From positions 16,616,001 through 16,680,000 of the forward strand of contig JBHGNT010000018.1 of NCBI GenBank assembly GCA_043228905.1: a stretch of 64,000 bases of DNA. Reading direction: 5' to 3'. Origin of the DNA: Azolla caroliniana. Taxonomy: Eukaryota; Plantae; Polypodiophyta. A program made the translations under genes and the position numbers. Under the pieces are notes generated by a model, which searched no databases, was not told the origin of the DNA, and saw nothing but the letters and a program-made list of their open reading frames with translations. Of the stretch, positions 39,770 through 52,761 are shown piece by piece; within the stretch, counting starts at the first letter, position 1; the number at the start of each line of letters is the position of its first letter.

Positions 39770-40843
39770 TGTCAGAACCAAGAATAAAAGATAGAGTGAT
39801 GGAAGAACGATATAAGAGAACACGAGAAGAAAATGAACGAAATGATAAGAGAAGAATGGGTGTATTAAGATAGAAAGAGAAAGAGAATGGATACAAGATA
39901 TGCAATGAGAGCTAAAGACTGGTGTTTTTGGGCAAAATCTCTATCCATGAAACAAAAATTGGCTCCGATATCTAAGACGGCTTGGACTTGAAGTTGACAA
40001 CTCGGTGTCCTAACTTGTACTTGGGCTGAGAAGACTCTACTAACATGCTTGGAAGAAATGGAACCCACACTAGGTTGTACAAATCTAGGGATGTCCAACC
40101 AAATGACTCCTATTTTGGCCGGACTTAATCGTTTGACTCCTCTTCTAATTGGCTTAGGATGTCAAACTTATTGGGAAAGGATGGATTATTCATAATATTA
40201 GAATCACTAACTGCTTCTAAAATGTTGGACTCATTTTTATTGTCATAGTGAATTTGATTTACTTGACGTCTCGGTCTACGGGAGCAATGAATGGCTATAT
40301 GTTCTGTGTTGGGAAACATGTTCCTCTGGATGGGAAGAGAAGAACCGTGTTGGTGAGTATCTTGGCCGAGGCCGAAATTGAAACCGAAACCGTTTCGGAA
40401 GACAATAATTGTAAATAGTCCAGAATGCCTCCTTGGGGCTATACTTGTCAATAGCCAGAAAGTTGCTTTGGTTTATAAGCAACTAGGGCAAACTTTATAG
40501 TGAGTATAGTTAGTGATCATTATTGAAAAGTTAGAACGAGGTAGTTGCCTCTGTAAGCGTGAGTGAGAGAGTGAGAGTGTAAATTTGTAGCCGTCTTTTA
40601 GACGAAGGAGAACTCAAGGTCGCTGCCTCTGAGTTCCGTATTTGTATTTCCTCTCTACTTTAGTGATATGTTTTCTCGGGGTTTGTGGACCCCCGTGGTT
40701 TTTTCCATTTCGGGTTTTCCAAGAAAAATATCGGTGTCTCTGCATCTTCACGTTTTTCTTGATTGTGTACTAGTTCTTGGCTTCTGCACACAATTACGAA
40801 CATGAAACCGGTTGTGGCGGGTCGATTCCTAACATCCTGGACC
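39770..40843 (-). mobile_element. Deleted chromovirus relic: LTR fragment 39770-39917 fused to protease/gag-end sequence
   Basis: TGTCAGAACCAAG start shared with LTR 42118; QAVLDIGANFCFMD protease; zinc-knuckle remnant interrupted at 40306. Confidence 0.7.
40307..40834 (+). mobile_element. Solo LTR, Copia-like
   Basis: TGTTGGGAA...TTCCTAACA; TSD TTCTG/TCCTG; CCGTGGTTTTTTCC..GGGTTTTCCA motif as in D-family LTRs. Confidence 0.8.
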
Positions 40844-42117
40844 TATGGTAGGATCATAATTTGGATCGAATTGTCACCGGTAGGCTGTTAGAGACCTATG
40901 GTCCTAGCCTAGTATGTAGGCATATTTCTTGGAGTTAGTGTTAGTGGCTCGTATGAGCATTGAAGTACTTTTCAGTACTTCTGTGAGTCGTGTTAAGGAC
41001 TTGTATAAAAGTGCTCACTGAGCAAATTGTATGGATAGAGAGTATTATTTTTGAAATTAAGTTTATGTTGTTCTACTCTCTATGTCTCTCCCGTGTCCAG
41101 TGTATGTTCCAAGCTCTACATTAAACATGTGCTTGTTTTCTATTTCTATCCGGTGAAGCCGGTTCAATCTACAAGCTTTCGCACGCTACTTTCACATGGT
41201 ATTAGAATGCGAGGGTTGGAAATCCTCTACTGTCAACACAAAGCCTGAGAAGACTAGAGGAAACCTAACTTTCAGTACGAACAGATTGAAAAAGAAAAGA
41301 AATGGACTGAGGGATGGCAAGCTTGCTTCCAACTGAGAAGCTTGACAAGAACAACTATGCATCTTGGTCGTACAAGATGCACTAGTACCTGCTGGGACAC
41401 GGGTACTAGAGTTATGTCGAGGGAGCAAATGAAATAGTTCCGGAGCTGGCACACAAGGACTTCCCGGCATGGGAGCAAGGAGCGAGGAGAGTGCTATATT
41501 GCCTCGTGTCTTGTGTGCAAGATCAGATGCTTGGCTACATTAGAGACGCAAAGTCGCCAAAGGAGGCCTGGGAAAATCTCAGAAAGATTTTCGCCGCCAG
41601 TACCACAACTTGTAATTTGCAACTCCGGCAAGAGCTCAACAACATGCGACAGTGAGACATGTCGGTTACGGACTATACCACCAAGATAAAGGAGATTTAC
41701 GACATGCTCAGGTCCATCATCGCAAGGGTAGACGAAGATGAGATGGTGCAGATTTTCCTTGGTGGTTCATCGTAGAGATACGGGCCTATCTGGACAACGA
41801 TTTGCACATGGGAGAAGACACTGTCTTTCTTTGACTTACAATCGATGTTGATGGTCAAAGAAAACCAGGCGATTGGGTTGAGGACCATTTAACCGGACAA
41901 CCAGACGTTGTATAGGGAGGCGGATTGGCCCCATGGGAGTGGAGGACGAGTTGGGTCGGCATGCAATAACGACGACAGGCAAGAGTAGAATCAGAGGCAC
42001 AAGGATGGTGCCGACAATAGTTCCGGACTCTCCACAAGCAGAGGGAGTTAAGTTAGTGCCGGAAACTGGCAATCTAAAGTCGAGACGGAATGTTGGTATT
42101 GTGGCAAGAAAGGCCAC
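40844..42117 (+). mobile_element. Truncated Copia element: 5' LTR (about 40844-41196), PBS and degenerate gag
   Basis: ...TTTCACA|TGGTATTAGA PBS; MASLLPTEKLDKNNYASWSYKM gag start at about 41313; ends at knuckle ECWYCGKKGH. Confidence 0.75.
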
Positions 42118-43010
42118 TGTCAGAACCAAGAATAAAAGATCTAGAGTGATGGAAGAAGGATATAAGAGAACATGAGAAGAAAGGAATGAAATGCTAAGAG
42201 AAGAATGGGTGTATTAAGATAGAGAAAGAAAGAGAATGGATACAAGATATGTAATGAGAGCTAAATATTGGTGTTGATTCGAATGATTTGAGAATACATG
42301 TATGCCCTTATTTATAGGTTTCTATAGAATAGCTTAGAGATTTCTTTAATGTTCTAGGACATTCTAGAATGTTCTAGAATGATCAAGAGTTTTTAGAATA
42401 ATCAATGTAAGAAAAAAAGTAGCTTTTATCCTCTCATATGACAATAAGTTATCTTAATGGTTGAGGTTTCAATTATGGATTACAAGGTTCGAGGTTCAAG
42501 TCCGGGTGACGCCATAATGGTCATGTGTTCATGACACTATCCCTCCTTCGAGAACGTCAAGTGGAAGTCGTCATTAAAATTGTAGGGCTGGGTTTGTTTG
42601 GATAGTGGCGATGGAAGTCGTCGACAAGATCTTGAGCATTAGAAATGTTATTGACAGGTTCCCAAGTGCGATCACTCGGAGGATAGCCAAGCCAATCAAC
42701 TAGATAATAAAGCTTATTGTGCACAATCCTAGAATCGAGAATAGCAGCTACCTTGTATTCGGGGCCATCAACCAGTTGGACAGAAGGTGGTGGTGGTACG
42801 ACACAATTAGGAATTGAAGAGGGGTGGCAAGGTTCCAAAAGAGAGCTATGAAAGACTGGGTGAAGCCGCATATGTTCAGGAAGGTTCAGACGAAATGTTG
42901 CATCATTAATCCGTGTTGTGATGACAAAAGGACCTAAGTGTTGATAATCGAGCTTCGCACATGGGTAGGTAAGGTAGTCTTGATGTGACGACGAAGCAAC
43001 CATAGCCTGT
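42118..43010 (-). mobile_element. 3' end of a chromovirus: LTR 42118-42536, PPT, IN C-terminus and chromodomain
   Basis: TGTCAG...ATGACA; ORF 42557-43003 with HPVFHSSLL and YKVAAILDS..YYLVDWLGYPPSDRTWEP. Confidence 0.88.
42450..42503 (+). promoter_or_regulatory. tRNA-like A/B-box module in a second LTR family
   Basis: TATCTTAATGG ... GGTTCAAGTCC, 44-nt spacing. Confidence 0.55.
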
Positions 43011-44396
43011 CTTTACAATCAAAGCCTTGGAAGGTGGCAGATCCGTAATGAAATACATAGAAATAGACTGCCATGGCTTGCTACGACGTCAAGCAAGAAG
43101 TTCTATCACCACACGAGTACCTTGATCTTCCCCTGCCCACCATACTGTCCGGAATGGCCTTCTCCTACCCATGCTTTAATGGTGAAACATACGCCGCAAG
43201 CCACATCCGGTTGTTCCTGAACGTTTGGAACGTGAATCACATGGCGCAGCGCAGCGACTTCGAGAAGAGGAAGTGCACCAGTCAAGGATGACAGAGTTCG
43301 GTTTAACTCTGGATGGTAGAACCGCGTTTTGGTATTCGCAAATGGATGTACCAGCAATAAACACCTTCGACAAGTTATAGTCAGCATTTCTACGATTTTT
43401 TCATCAGAGGGTACCTCAACACGAAATCATCGGGAAATTCTACACAAACAAGCAGCTGGCAACAGAATCTATCGCAAACTTTAGCTTACGTTTCCAAAAT
43501 CTACGGAGGAAATTAGAATGGGTCCTGACAGATGACGAGGTTAGTGAGACGTTTTTGGCAGCCCTGCGGTGACCTATCATGACGACGATTATCAAACATA
43601 GCGTGAAAGGGGAAACAACCGACAAGGTCATCAAGCGAACATTACAACTTGAGTTGGACGAAGAGTAGGAAGGATTTTCTATGTCCTCGTTACGACAGGC
43701 GTTGCCTCAAGACGAGGAGCACCACTTTCATCAAGCTATTAAGTGCACGATTTGCCTCAATTCCGGACATTCCGCAGTGGAATGCAATATGCGAATTCAC
43801 CACCCAATTTGTCACTCAAAGGGCACACACAATCGAGCAATGTCCATTGCGCAAGGGCAAAGGACCAGCCGTAAATATAATTACGACGGAAGTTAAGCAG
43901 TTCACGACACGGAAACAAACAAAGAATGCAGACTGGGCTGCACAAGATGAGGTATGCAAAGCAGCCCAAGCATGGGTAGAAAAAGCAAATGTAGCCAATA
44001 CGACGCGTATGCAGCAGGAGTCCGCAAACAATGATGGGCCGATAGAAGAAAACATAATATCCCCGGACCCGATATGGCAAGCACTAACGGGCTGCGAAAT
44101 AACAATGACCATGGAAAAACTCCTTCAACTAGTTCCACGATTTCGGCAGGCCATAGAAGATCGCATAATGCGTAGGCCTCGTATAAACGTCTCAGCAAAT
44201 TTTGTCGAAACGAGCGTCGGACCAATAGTGGTGGATCACCACAATCCAGCCATTAAGCTAGTCCTACATGGGCAGGAAATATCCGGCTGTATAATCGATG
44301 GGGGTTCTAACGTTAATGTGATAAGTGCCAAGACATGTGAACAGTTAGGAATTTCGGAATGGGAAGTTTGCCCCTTTTGGCTTCGCATGGCGAATA

Positions 44397-44663
44397 TGAA
44401 GAGAAATGCACGGAATATCGCTCGGCAACAACCGAGTAGTAAGTCACTACTATAAGAATCAAACACAGAAATGGGAAGTGGGGAGTACACAAGAAAAATG
44501 ACACAAAATGTTTACGTGGAAAACCCTAATAGGGAAAAACCACAGGAGCCCACAAACTGCGAACTATCACTATGAAGAGAAGGGGTACAATCAGAGACTT
44601 GGAGGCAATGACTTCGAGCTTTGTTTCTTCGCACAGTGGTGGTTACAATAGAGTATCGCTCTG

Positions 44664-44719
<56 letters not shown>

Positions 44720-44937
44720 TGTACAACAGTTACAGCAAGATGACAACAACACAATCATCCTAAAGTGATTGCCCTAAGTCATATTTATACTTATATGAAC
44801 TTAGGGCTATTTACAAATATAGCCTCAATGGGCTTACTCAGAAACATATTTACAGATATGTCTTCTTCATCCGGTTCTCACTGGGTCTTCTACATCCGGT
44901 TCTCAAGATCCCATCCGGAGGGACCGAAATCCCAACA
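44397..44937 (-). mobile_element. Solo LTR related to Copia D family
   Basis: TGAAGAG...CCCAACA; TSD GAATA/GGATA; interrupts protease MA|DT..RPLGLI; shares TGGAAAACCC..GGGAAAAACCAC and CATCCGGAGGGACC with D LTRs; includes (CT)n. Confidence 0.85.
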
Positions 44938-46842
44938 GGATACTCATCTGTTAGGCCCTTAGGGTTAATCCGGAAACTAGGCATCGTCATTGGCAGTCAC
45001 TGATTTGACATCTCAGCGGTAGTACTCGCACACGACGCTCCAGGAGCGTACCTAGTACTGCTTGGTAGACCTTGGCTTCGTTCGATTAACATCAAACAGA
45101 GCTGGCAACATAATTGTATCAGTTTCCTAACGAGGACGCAACAAAGTTTGCATACCCACAGAAGAAATGATGGTGCAACCCAAAGGAATGACACCATTGT
45201 ACGCGGAAGACATAAATATGCTGGAAGGAGTGGATTATATAGAGCTGGAAGCATACCTGGATAAGCACCCACGAATCATCCCGCTATTCGAAATTGATGT
45301 AATAGAAACCGCGGCGGATTACGCTACTTCCACTACACTTCACGAAGAGGCTTATGAACCACACCCAGAGTCAATAATGGAATTAAGCCAAGCACGGACC
45401 GCGTTCGAGAAAGAAATGGAAATTTCACGACGAGTCACTGCCTCAGCGTTGGAAGATTCGAGATTGGATCACGAACAACAGTGGATCCAAGATTACTCTC
45501 CATCGCAAAAGACTTACTACCGGATCAGAAAGAGGCGATGTTAGCTCTGCTCAAGGAATATAAAGATGTGTTCGCTTGGTCCCACGAAGACATGAAGGGA
45601 TTGGATCCAAAATTCTACCAGCATAAGATCAACTTAGCTACCGACGTGAAACATGTTTAGCAGCGTCGATATCGAATGAATCCGAATTACGCGGCTTGCG
45701 TAAAAGAGGAAATTGACAAGCTTCTCAAGGCTGGATTCATCCGACTAGTCAAGCAAGCTACGTGGTTGAGCCCGATAGTCGTATTCCCGAAAAAAAATGG
45801 AAAAATCCGTGTTTGCATAGACTATCGAAAATTGAACGCCGTAACTATTACAGATGTGTTCCCTTTACCTTTCACCGACAACGTACTGGACGCAGTCGCA
45901 GGGCATGACATGTACTGTTTTCTAGACAACATTAGTGGATACAATCAAGTACGCATGCATCTTGACAACCAAGAGAAGACCACGTTTGTCACCGACTGGG
46001 GAGTTTATGACAAACAGAACGAGAAGTGCAACTAGTCCACAACAGAACGAGAAGCGTTGGGTATGATATACAACATCAATAAATTCCAACATTATCTGCT
46101 GGGGTGGAAATTTACGTTTCACGTGGACCATACAACATTGCTATACCTAGTGGGGAAGTAGGCACTCACAGGAAAATTGGCTAGATGGATGTTGTTGCTC
46201 TAGGAGTTCGACTTTGTTATACAACATCGATCTGGTACGCAACACGCTGTCGTGCCTTTCGGCTCCGGATCGTTGCGTGAGTCGGGTGGGAACCGCTGGG
46301 GTTTTGGACTAGGAAGAGGAGAGTTTTAAGGCTAATAAGAATATAAATATGTTGTAAGAAAGAGTTATAGCAAACTCGTGAATCCCACGAGTGTATTGTA
46401 TTTGATTAATCAATATGAATATAAGAATATAAACTTCGGTTGAAAGAGAATGATATAGAATTCTCGTGAATCCCACGAGTATAGTTTATTAATTGGTGTT
46501 TTTTAGAAACATATCCAGTTTCCAAATATTTTTCACACACCTATTACATTGTGCTCCCCATCCTTATATAGTGATGGGAGAGACTAAGCATAGCTACATG
46601 CTTTTTTTCTAATATGTTCATGCACACTAAATGTGCATGTGATGCTTTTCTAATCCTTGCTTTTATTTGCTAAATATAGTGCTCATGCACGCTAGATGTG
46701 CATGAGTCACTTTTTAGTCGCTTGCGTTTTTCTATAAAATATTCACGCACTCTAAAAATACATGATTTACCTTTTAATAAAGGTAGGCGCAAATAAAGCA
46801 CTTATAGTTATTAAATCTATTTATAAAACACTAAAGATAAGG

Positions 46843-46896
46843 TAGCATAATGGTAAAGTTGAGGTTTGGCTACGTGGAGGTACAAGGTTCAAATCT
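46843..46896 (+). promoter_or_regulatory. tRNA-like A/B-box module in the gag-only element LTR (copy at 49224-49277)
   Basis: TAGCATAATGG(TA) ... GGTTCAAATCT, 44-nt spacing. Confidence 0.6.
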
Positions 46897-46961
46897 TGCC
46901 CTATGCACGTGATAAATATCTTGATTTTCTTATTTTATTTATTTATATGTAATTAAATCGG

Positions 46962-48590
46962 TTATATTATTTTTACTTTTTCACGTAGTGTACGAAATAC
47001 ACTACGACACTCGCCCCCTCCGAACCCGCACATCCTCCGGTATGTGCCGAAGTTGCCGATGCTCGTTGTCTCCCCTTCATCCTCCGTTTGTCCCGCTATG
47101 TCAACTTTGTCTCTCCATTTTGAGTAGACCCATTCTTTCCACCCGAACCATTGTCGCCATCCGATCCACCATATTCTTTGTTCATTCTTTGCATTGCCAT
47201 GAGTGGTTGTCATGGTCCCTTGTGGTACTCTTGAGCATCTCGGTGTGTTGTCTCTCTCCACTCCGCGCTTGTCTTCCGTAGGTTCTACCCACGCGTCGAT
47301 GTCGACCTCCGAATACGCGCTCGCTGTTAGGTCCTTGTGCGGCTTTAATGCATGCTTTATTTCTCGATGTTGTGCATGCGTCGTATTAGGCCGTAGCGCA
47401 TGCTTCGTATTCCATCGTAGTGCATGCGCCGTATTACCCCGTAGTGCATACTTATTTTTGCACCGTAGCGCGTGCTTCTTTTTGCGCCGTAGCGTGTGCT
47501 TCTCTTTACGCCGTAGCACGTGCTTCTTTTGGTGCCGTAGTGCGTGCTCCGTATTACATGCTTCTCCCATCGTAGACCCGACCTTCGCGTTGTCATGCTT
47601 TTGTTTACATCGGAATTTCAGACGGATCATCTTCCATCCGAACCGGCTTCCGACTTTACCTTCCTTGTTGCCACCTCCCGTCTCTCCGGTCTCACGTTGG
47701 TTCTCGGACACAACCGCCGAAGTCTCTAGAATTAGTGGGTAGGAATCCTCGGTATTATCATCTTCCGTTGTTTCACCCATAGCCATGTTCTCCTTGGCTA
47801 TCTCTCCTTCGTATGCATCGGCTTCGACCTTCGTTTCGTTGCCGCCACTTTCCTTATCTTCGGTGTTATGTCGACACCCGGGCTCCAGTACCGAAGTCTC
47901 CGAAACAATGGTGAAGGAATCCCTTCGTTCGTGCTCATTTACTTTGTCTTCCTCGTTGCCCTTCCGGTCCTCCACTTTTCCACCGACACATTCCGTCTCT
48001 CCGGTCTCACGTTGGTGCACGGGCACAGCCGCCGAAGTCTCTGGAACCGGTGTGGGGATACCCTTTCGTCCTCGATCTTCCTCCTCCTCGTCCTTTGTTG
48101 GCCTCGACTTTGGTTCGGTTTTAAGCTCCCCTTCAATGTCGACTTGCGACTTTTCATGCATCTCCGAACCCTTCCGCATCAAGCTCTCCTTCGGTGGTAG
48201 TCGGTGGCCGCTTTTCACCCACTGTTGACCGCCGTTCGTGGACCATGTCCTCGTCCGCTTCGGTCTTAGATAGTCATATGCGTCTCGTATAGCTTCTTCA
48301 AAGGACTCCCACGTCGGGCTTTGTTGTTGTATCTCGTGGATTCTCTCTTGAAGCTCATCTGTAGCCACCCGGTTGAAAGATAACACTTGCAATCTTTCTG
48401 AGATACCATATCGCAACATCTCCATTTTGTAGTCACGTAGATAGCGTGACACGTCCTTTCCATCGAATTGCCCGTTCTGTTGCACGAGCCGTTGTACTAC
48501 TGTCGTGATCTCCGACATCTCGCGTTGTTCTTGTAGCATTCTCTCGAACATCATCATCATCATGTTCATCGCCTCTTGTTGATTCTCCAT
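46962..48590 (-). CDS. 542-aa Gag-like protein: capsid-like N-terminus, acidic repeats, basic 8-aa repeats; stop lies inside the 3' LTR
   Basis: Uninterrupted ORF beginning just after the PBS; FDGKDVSRYL..TWESFEEAI is gag-like; KHALRxxx repeated about 9 times; no pol motifs. Confidence 0.75.
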   Translation of the reverse strand: MENQQEAMNMMMMMFERMLQEQREMSEITTVVQRLVQQNGQFDGKDVSRYLRDYKMEMLRYGISERLQVLSFNRVATDELQERIHEIQQQSPTWESFEEAIRDAYDYLRPKRTRTWSTNGGQQWVKSGHRLPPKESLMRKGSEMHEKSQVDIEGELKTEPKSRPTKDEEEEDRGRKGIPTPVPETSAAVPVHQRETGETECVGGKVEDRKGNEEDKVNEHERRDSFTIVSETSVLEPGCRHNTEDKESGGNETKVEADAYEGEIAKENMAMGETTEDDNTEDSYPLILETSAVVSENQRETGETGGGNKEGKVGSRFGWKMIRLKFRCKQKHDNAKVGSTMGEACNTEHALRHQKKHVLRRKEKHTLRRKKKHALRCKNKYALRGNTAHALRWNTKHALRPNTTHAQHREIKHALKPHKDLTASAYSEVDIDAWVEPTEDKRGVERDNTPRCSRVPQGTMTTTHGNAKNEQRIWWIGWRQWFGWKEWVYSKWRDKVDIAGQTEDEGETTSIGNFGTYRRMCGFGGGECRSVFRTLREKVKII

Positions 48591-49731
48591 CTCCTTGCCA
48601 CCCGCCTTCGCGTCGGGTTCACCAACTGTGTCGTGCCTTTCGGCTCCGGATCGTTGCGTGAGTCGGGTGGGAACCGCTGGGGTTTTGGACTAGGAAGAGG
48701 AGAGTTTTAAGGCTAATAAGAATATAAATATGTTGTAAGAAAGAGTTATAGCAAACTCGTGAATCCCACGAGTGTATTGTATTTGATTAATCAATATGAA
48801 TATAAGAATATAAACTTCGGTTGAAAGAGAATGATATAGAATTCTCGTGAATCCCACGAGTATAGTTTATTAATTGGTGTTTTTTAGAAACATATCCAGT
48901 TTCCAAATATTTTTCACACACCTATTACATTGTGCTCCCCATCCTTATATAGTGATGGGAGAGACTAAGCATAGCTACATGCTTTTTTTCTAATATGTTC
49001 ATGCACACTAAATGTGCATGTGATGCTTTTCTAATCCTTGCTTTTATTTGCTAAATATAGTGCTCATGCACGCTAGATGTGCATGAGTCACTTTTTAGTC
49101 GCTTGCGTTTTTCTATAAAATATTCACGCACTCTAAAAATACATGATTTACCTTTTAATAAAGGTAGGCGCAAATAAAGCACTTATAGTTATTAAATCTA
49201 TTTATAAAACACTAAAGATAAGGTAGCATAATGGTAAAGTTGAGGTTTGGCTACGTGGAGGTACAAGGTTCAAATCTTGCCCTATGCACGTGATAAATAT
49301 CTTGATTTTCTTATTTTATTTATTTATATGTAATTAAATCGGTTATATTATTTTTACTTTTTCACGTAGTGTACGAAATACACTACGACAACGCTGTAGC
49401 GGATTTCTTAAGCAGGATAGATAAGGGAGTGATGGTGCGAAACGATGACGATGACTTTCTTGATGTGGACATCCTACGGATCGCAACTATAGCGACACGT
49501 ACAAAAAAAACTTTTCCAGATCGTTGGTTAATGGAGATGACATACTTTTTTACCACAGAATTATGACCGCTGCAATTAAGGACGGACAAGAAGAAATGAC
49601 TAGCCATCCGAAGTCGTAACTTCTGTTTGGTCGAAGGGGTCCTGTATCACAAAGGTAGCGGCGAAATCTGGCAATGCGGAAATGCCAGGATGAGAAGGAA
49701 ACAGTTTTACACAAAGCTCACTGTGGTACGG

Positions 49732-51263
49732 TGTCGCGAAAATACAACGAGGATACGTGAACTTGAGGTAGGACCCGGGGCCTCCCACCAAAGGATATCA
49801 CATCCATGCGTTTATATTTTTAACAATTAACGGAAATAAGAAATTTAATAATTTTCATTAACAAAGGAAAATAAATTACAAAATGTCCCAAGATTGGGAT
49901 TCAAAAGTTTTAGCTTATGGAGATTAATAGAAAAGAAAAATTAGGGGTTTGAGAGATATGGCTTCCGTAGGGAAAATTAGGGTTTTTGGCTTCCGTAAGG
50001 AAATTACGGTTTATGAGAGATATGGCTTCCGTATGGAAAATTAGAGTTTATGGCTTCCGTAAGGAAATTTAGGGTTTATGGCTTCCGTAAGGAAATTTAG
50101 GGTTTATGGTTTCCGTAAGGAAATTTAGGATTTATGGTTTCTGTAAGGAAATTAGGGTTTATGAGAGTTATGGCTTCCGTAAAGAAATTGGGGTTTATGA
50201 GAGATCTGGCTTCTGTAAGGAAATTGGGGTTTATGAGAGATCTAGCTTCCGTAAGGAAATTTAGGGTTTATGGCATCCGTAGGGAAAATAGGGTTTATGA
50301 TAGTTATGGCTTCCATAAGATAAGGGAGCTAAGAAGGAAAAGAAAAATAATATATGGAGAGAGGATGAGTGTAAAAAAAAATGGAATATATATGGAGTTC
50401 TTCGTTGATCATCCCCTTCAATGTTACTTTGTATGTCCACTTTTAGTTGCATGGCCTTTACTTTTAGTTGCATGGCTTTTTCTTTTAGTGGCATGCGACC
50501 GTCCACATAACCTTTACTTTAGTTTAGTTTAGTTTACTTTAATTAGCCACATGATCCTATCATCTATCCATCTCGATCGTCGCCAGTTGTCAGATCCGCC
50601 CGGTTTTTGACACCATCCGATTGTCGGTTTCGCCGGTTCTAATTTGCTTACCGGCCGGTTTCGATTTGCTTACCAACCGGGTCCAGATTGCTTACCGACT
50701 AGTTCCGGTTTGCTTCTTGACCAGTTCCAGATTGCTTACTAGCCGGTTTCGGTTTGCTTCCCGGCCGATCCCAGTTTGATTGCCAGCCGGTTCCAATCCA
50801 TCCGGACCGCGTCTAGCCTCGTCTGGTCATCGATTTCGCCGGTTCCGATTTGCTTACCGACCAGTTCCGGTTTGCTTTCCGACCAGTTCCGGTTTGCTTA
50901 CCGGCCTGTTCCATTTTATTGCCAGTCAATTTTTGGGAACTTGGCCACATTCATCCATCTAGACAAAGTGGCCAAAGTGATCTTAGCACAAATGAAAAAT
51001 GAGGGATCTCAATGTGCTTATATAGCTAGGGCCTTAAGTTTCCTATCTATGTGGGATACTTCAAAATTCTATTTTCCCTATCTTCTCAAGCTTCATGTCC
51101 ACCTAACTTGATATGTAGTTGTCTATATTGTATATAGTAAAATGCGTTTTAAAGCTCTTGAGTAAATCCATCTTTCTAGAACAAGCTACTAATCTAATCT
51201 AAAATAATTATTTCATTATTTTTCTATATAGTTTTCATATCGTGTGTGAAAAACCACACGACA
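49732..51263. mobile_element. 1.5-kb solo LTR (or LTR-like insertion) with 4-bp TSD and internal minisatellites
   Basis: TGTCGCG...CACGACA flanked by ACGG; removal restores the integrase codons [12 protein letters not shown]; arrays GGCTTCCGTAAGGAAATTTAGGGTTTAT (about 49940-50330) and CCGGTTTGCTTA (about 50620-50910). Confidence 0.8.
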
Positions 51264-52356
51264 ACGGTAGGAGGACACTACGCGGGCGATGTTACAGCTC
51301 ATAAAGTCTGGCAAGCAGGCCTATGGTGGCCGACTACGCAAAAGGATGCGTATGAATATTGCAAACAATGCGATATGTGTCAACGGATGGGCCAACCCAC
51401 GGAGGTCGCAAGGATGCCACATCAACTACTGTTGCCGTTGGATCCATTCCAGAAATGGGGACTCGATTTCGTGGGGCCGTTTACGGACTAGCAATAAATA
51501 TATACTGGTGGCTACTGATGATTGCACCAAGTGGGTGGAAGCGAAAGCACTACGAGAAAATACCGCGGTAGTGACGACGAAATTTTTGTATGAGAACATC
51601 TGGTGTCGTTTTGGCTGCCCTATCGAGCTCATCAGCGACCAAGGAAGCCACTTTCTAAATTCGGTCATCTGAGAACTGACACAACACTATGTCGTGGTCC
51701 ACAAGAAGAGCACACTGTATTATCCTCAGGCGAATGGTTTAGCGGAATCCACAAACAAAATGTTACAAACGATACTAAAAAAGATCGTCAATGAGAACAG
51801 AACAGACTGGGATACCAAATTACACAGCGCGTTATGGGCATACCGAACCAACTATAAGACTAGCATACAATCCATACCTTTCCGGCTAGCATTTGGGTTG
51901 GAGGCCATAATGCCAATTGAATTTAAAATACCCAGTCTGCGGATTCCAGTACGAGACCGGCTATCAGAAGACAAGTCCGAACAAATACGGCTACAACAAC
52001 TGCTCGGACTAGATGAGACACGGTTACGCAGCATGATCATACTGGAACAAGAGCAGCGTCGGGGTAAAGCATTCGTAGACTGGCATCGAAATGTGCGTGA
52101 AAAAGATTTTGTGGTCAGCAAAGCGGTTTTGGTCTTTCAAACCCGGATGGGGCAAATGCCTGGTAAATTAAGATTTCGCTGGACGGGGTCGTACTGGATA
52201 GTTGGCACGGAAAATAACACGTTTCAAATAGGCACCTTGGCCGGAGAAGTGTTACGACAAAAGGTGAATGGGTTTCGATTGAAACCCTACCTAGGACCTG
52301 TGCCACCAAACCCATTCCCCGTCGTAAAAGACACGGTCGAAGAATCCGCGGCTTAA
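51264..52356 (+). pseudogene. Integrase of the Tat-like Gypsy
   Basis: HHCC and DDE motifs across ORFs 51246-51491, 51289-51672 and 51694-52356. Confidence 0.9.
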
Positions 52357-52761
52357 TTAAAGGGACCCACCTGTATTATAATGTAACAGTAATATTGTAT
52401 TTAATCGTTACAAGAAGAAGAAGAAAAGAGAAGATAGTGACGCTATTAAAAGGACTTCATGCATGTTCAAAATTCTAGAGCAAGAACACGCGGCATCGCG
52501 ACGGCTCTCACAGACCAATGAACCCTAGGTCACAAAAAGAAGAAAATAGAAGGTTTTCTACACAGTATAGAAACCAATCTTCAGCCTTTAACCCTCCTCG
52601 CTCTCGTCGCTCTCCTCACTCACCTTACTCCCCATCATAGCACAGAGCCCTCGTCCGCCATAGCTAGCAAACCTCACCCACTACCCACGAGTCTCATCCA
52701 CCTACGATGCCGATCACTATTTCCTCCGCCTTGCGTAGATGGCTCCTCGAAAAGAGACTGG

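Larger units (their letters stand above)
46248..49390 (-). mobile_element. Young non-autonomous gag-only LTR retroelement (TR-GAG-like), tRNA-Trp primed, 4-bp TSD
   Basis: 762-bp LTRs 46248-47009 and 48629-49390 (no difference seen by eye), TGTCG...CGACA; TSD ACGC; PBS TGGTGAACCCGACG; PPT GGAGGGGGCGAG. Confidence 0.92.

Noticed and set aside
49722-51258. Alternative boundaries TGTGGT...ACCACA as a TIR element
   Set aside because: No proper TSD; boundaries 49732-51263 give TSD ACGG and restore the integrase frame.
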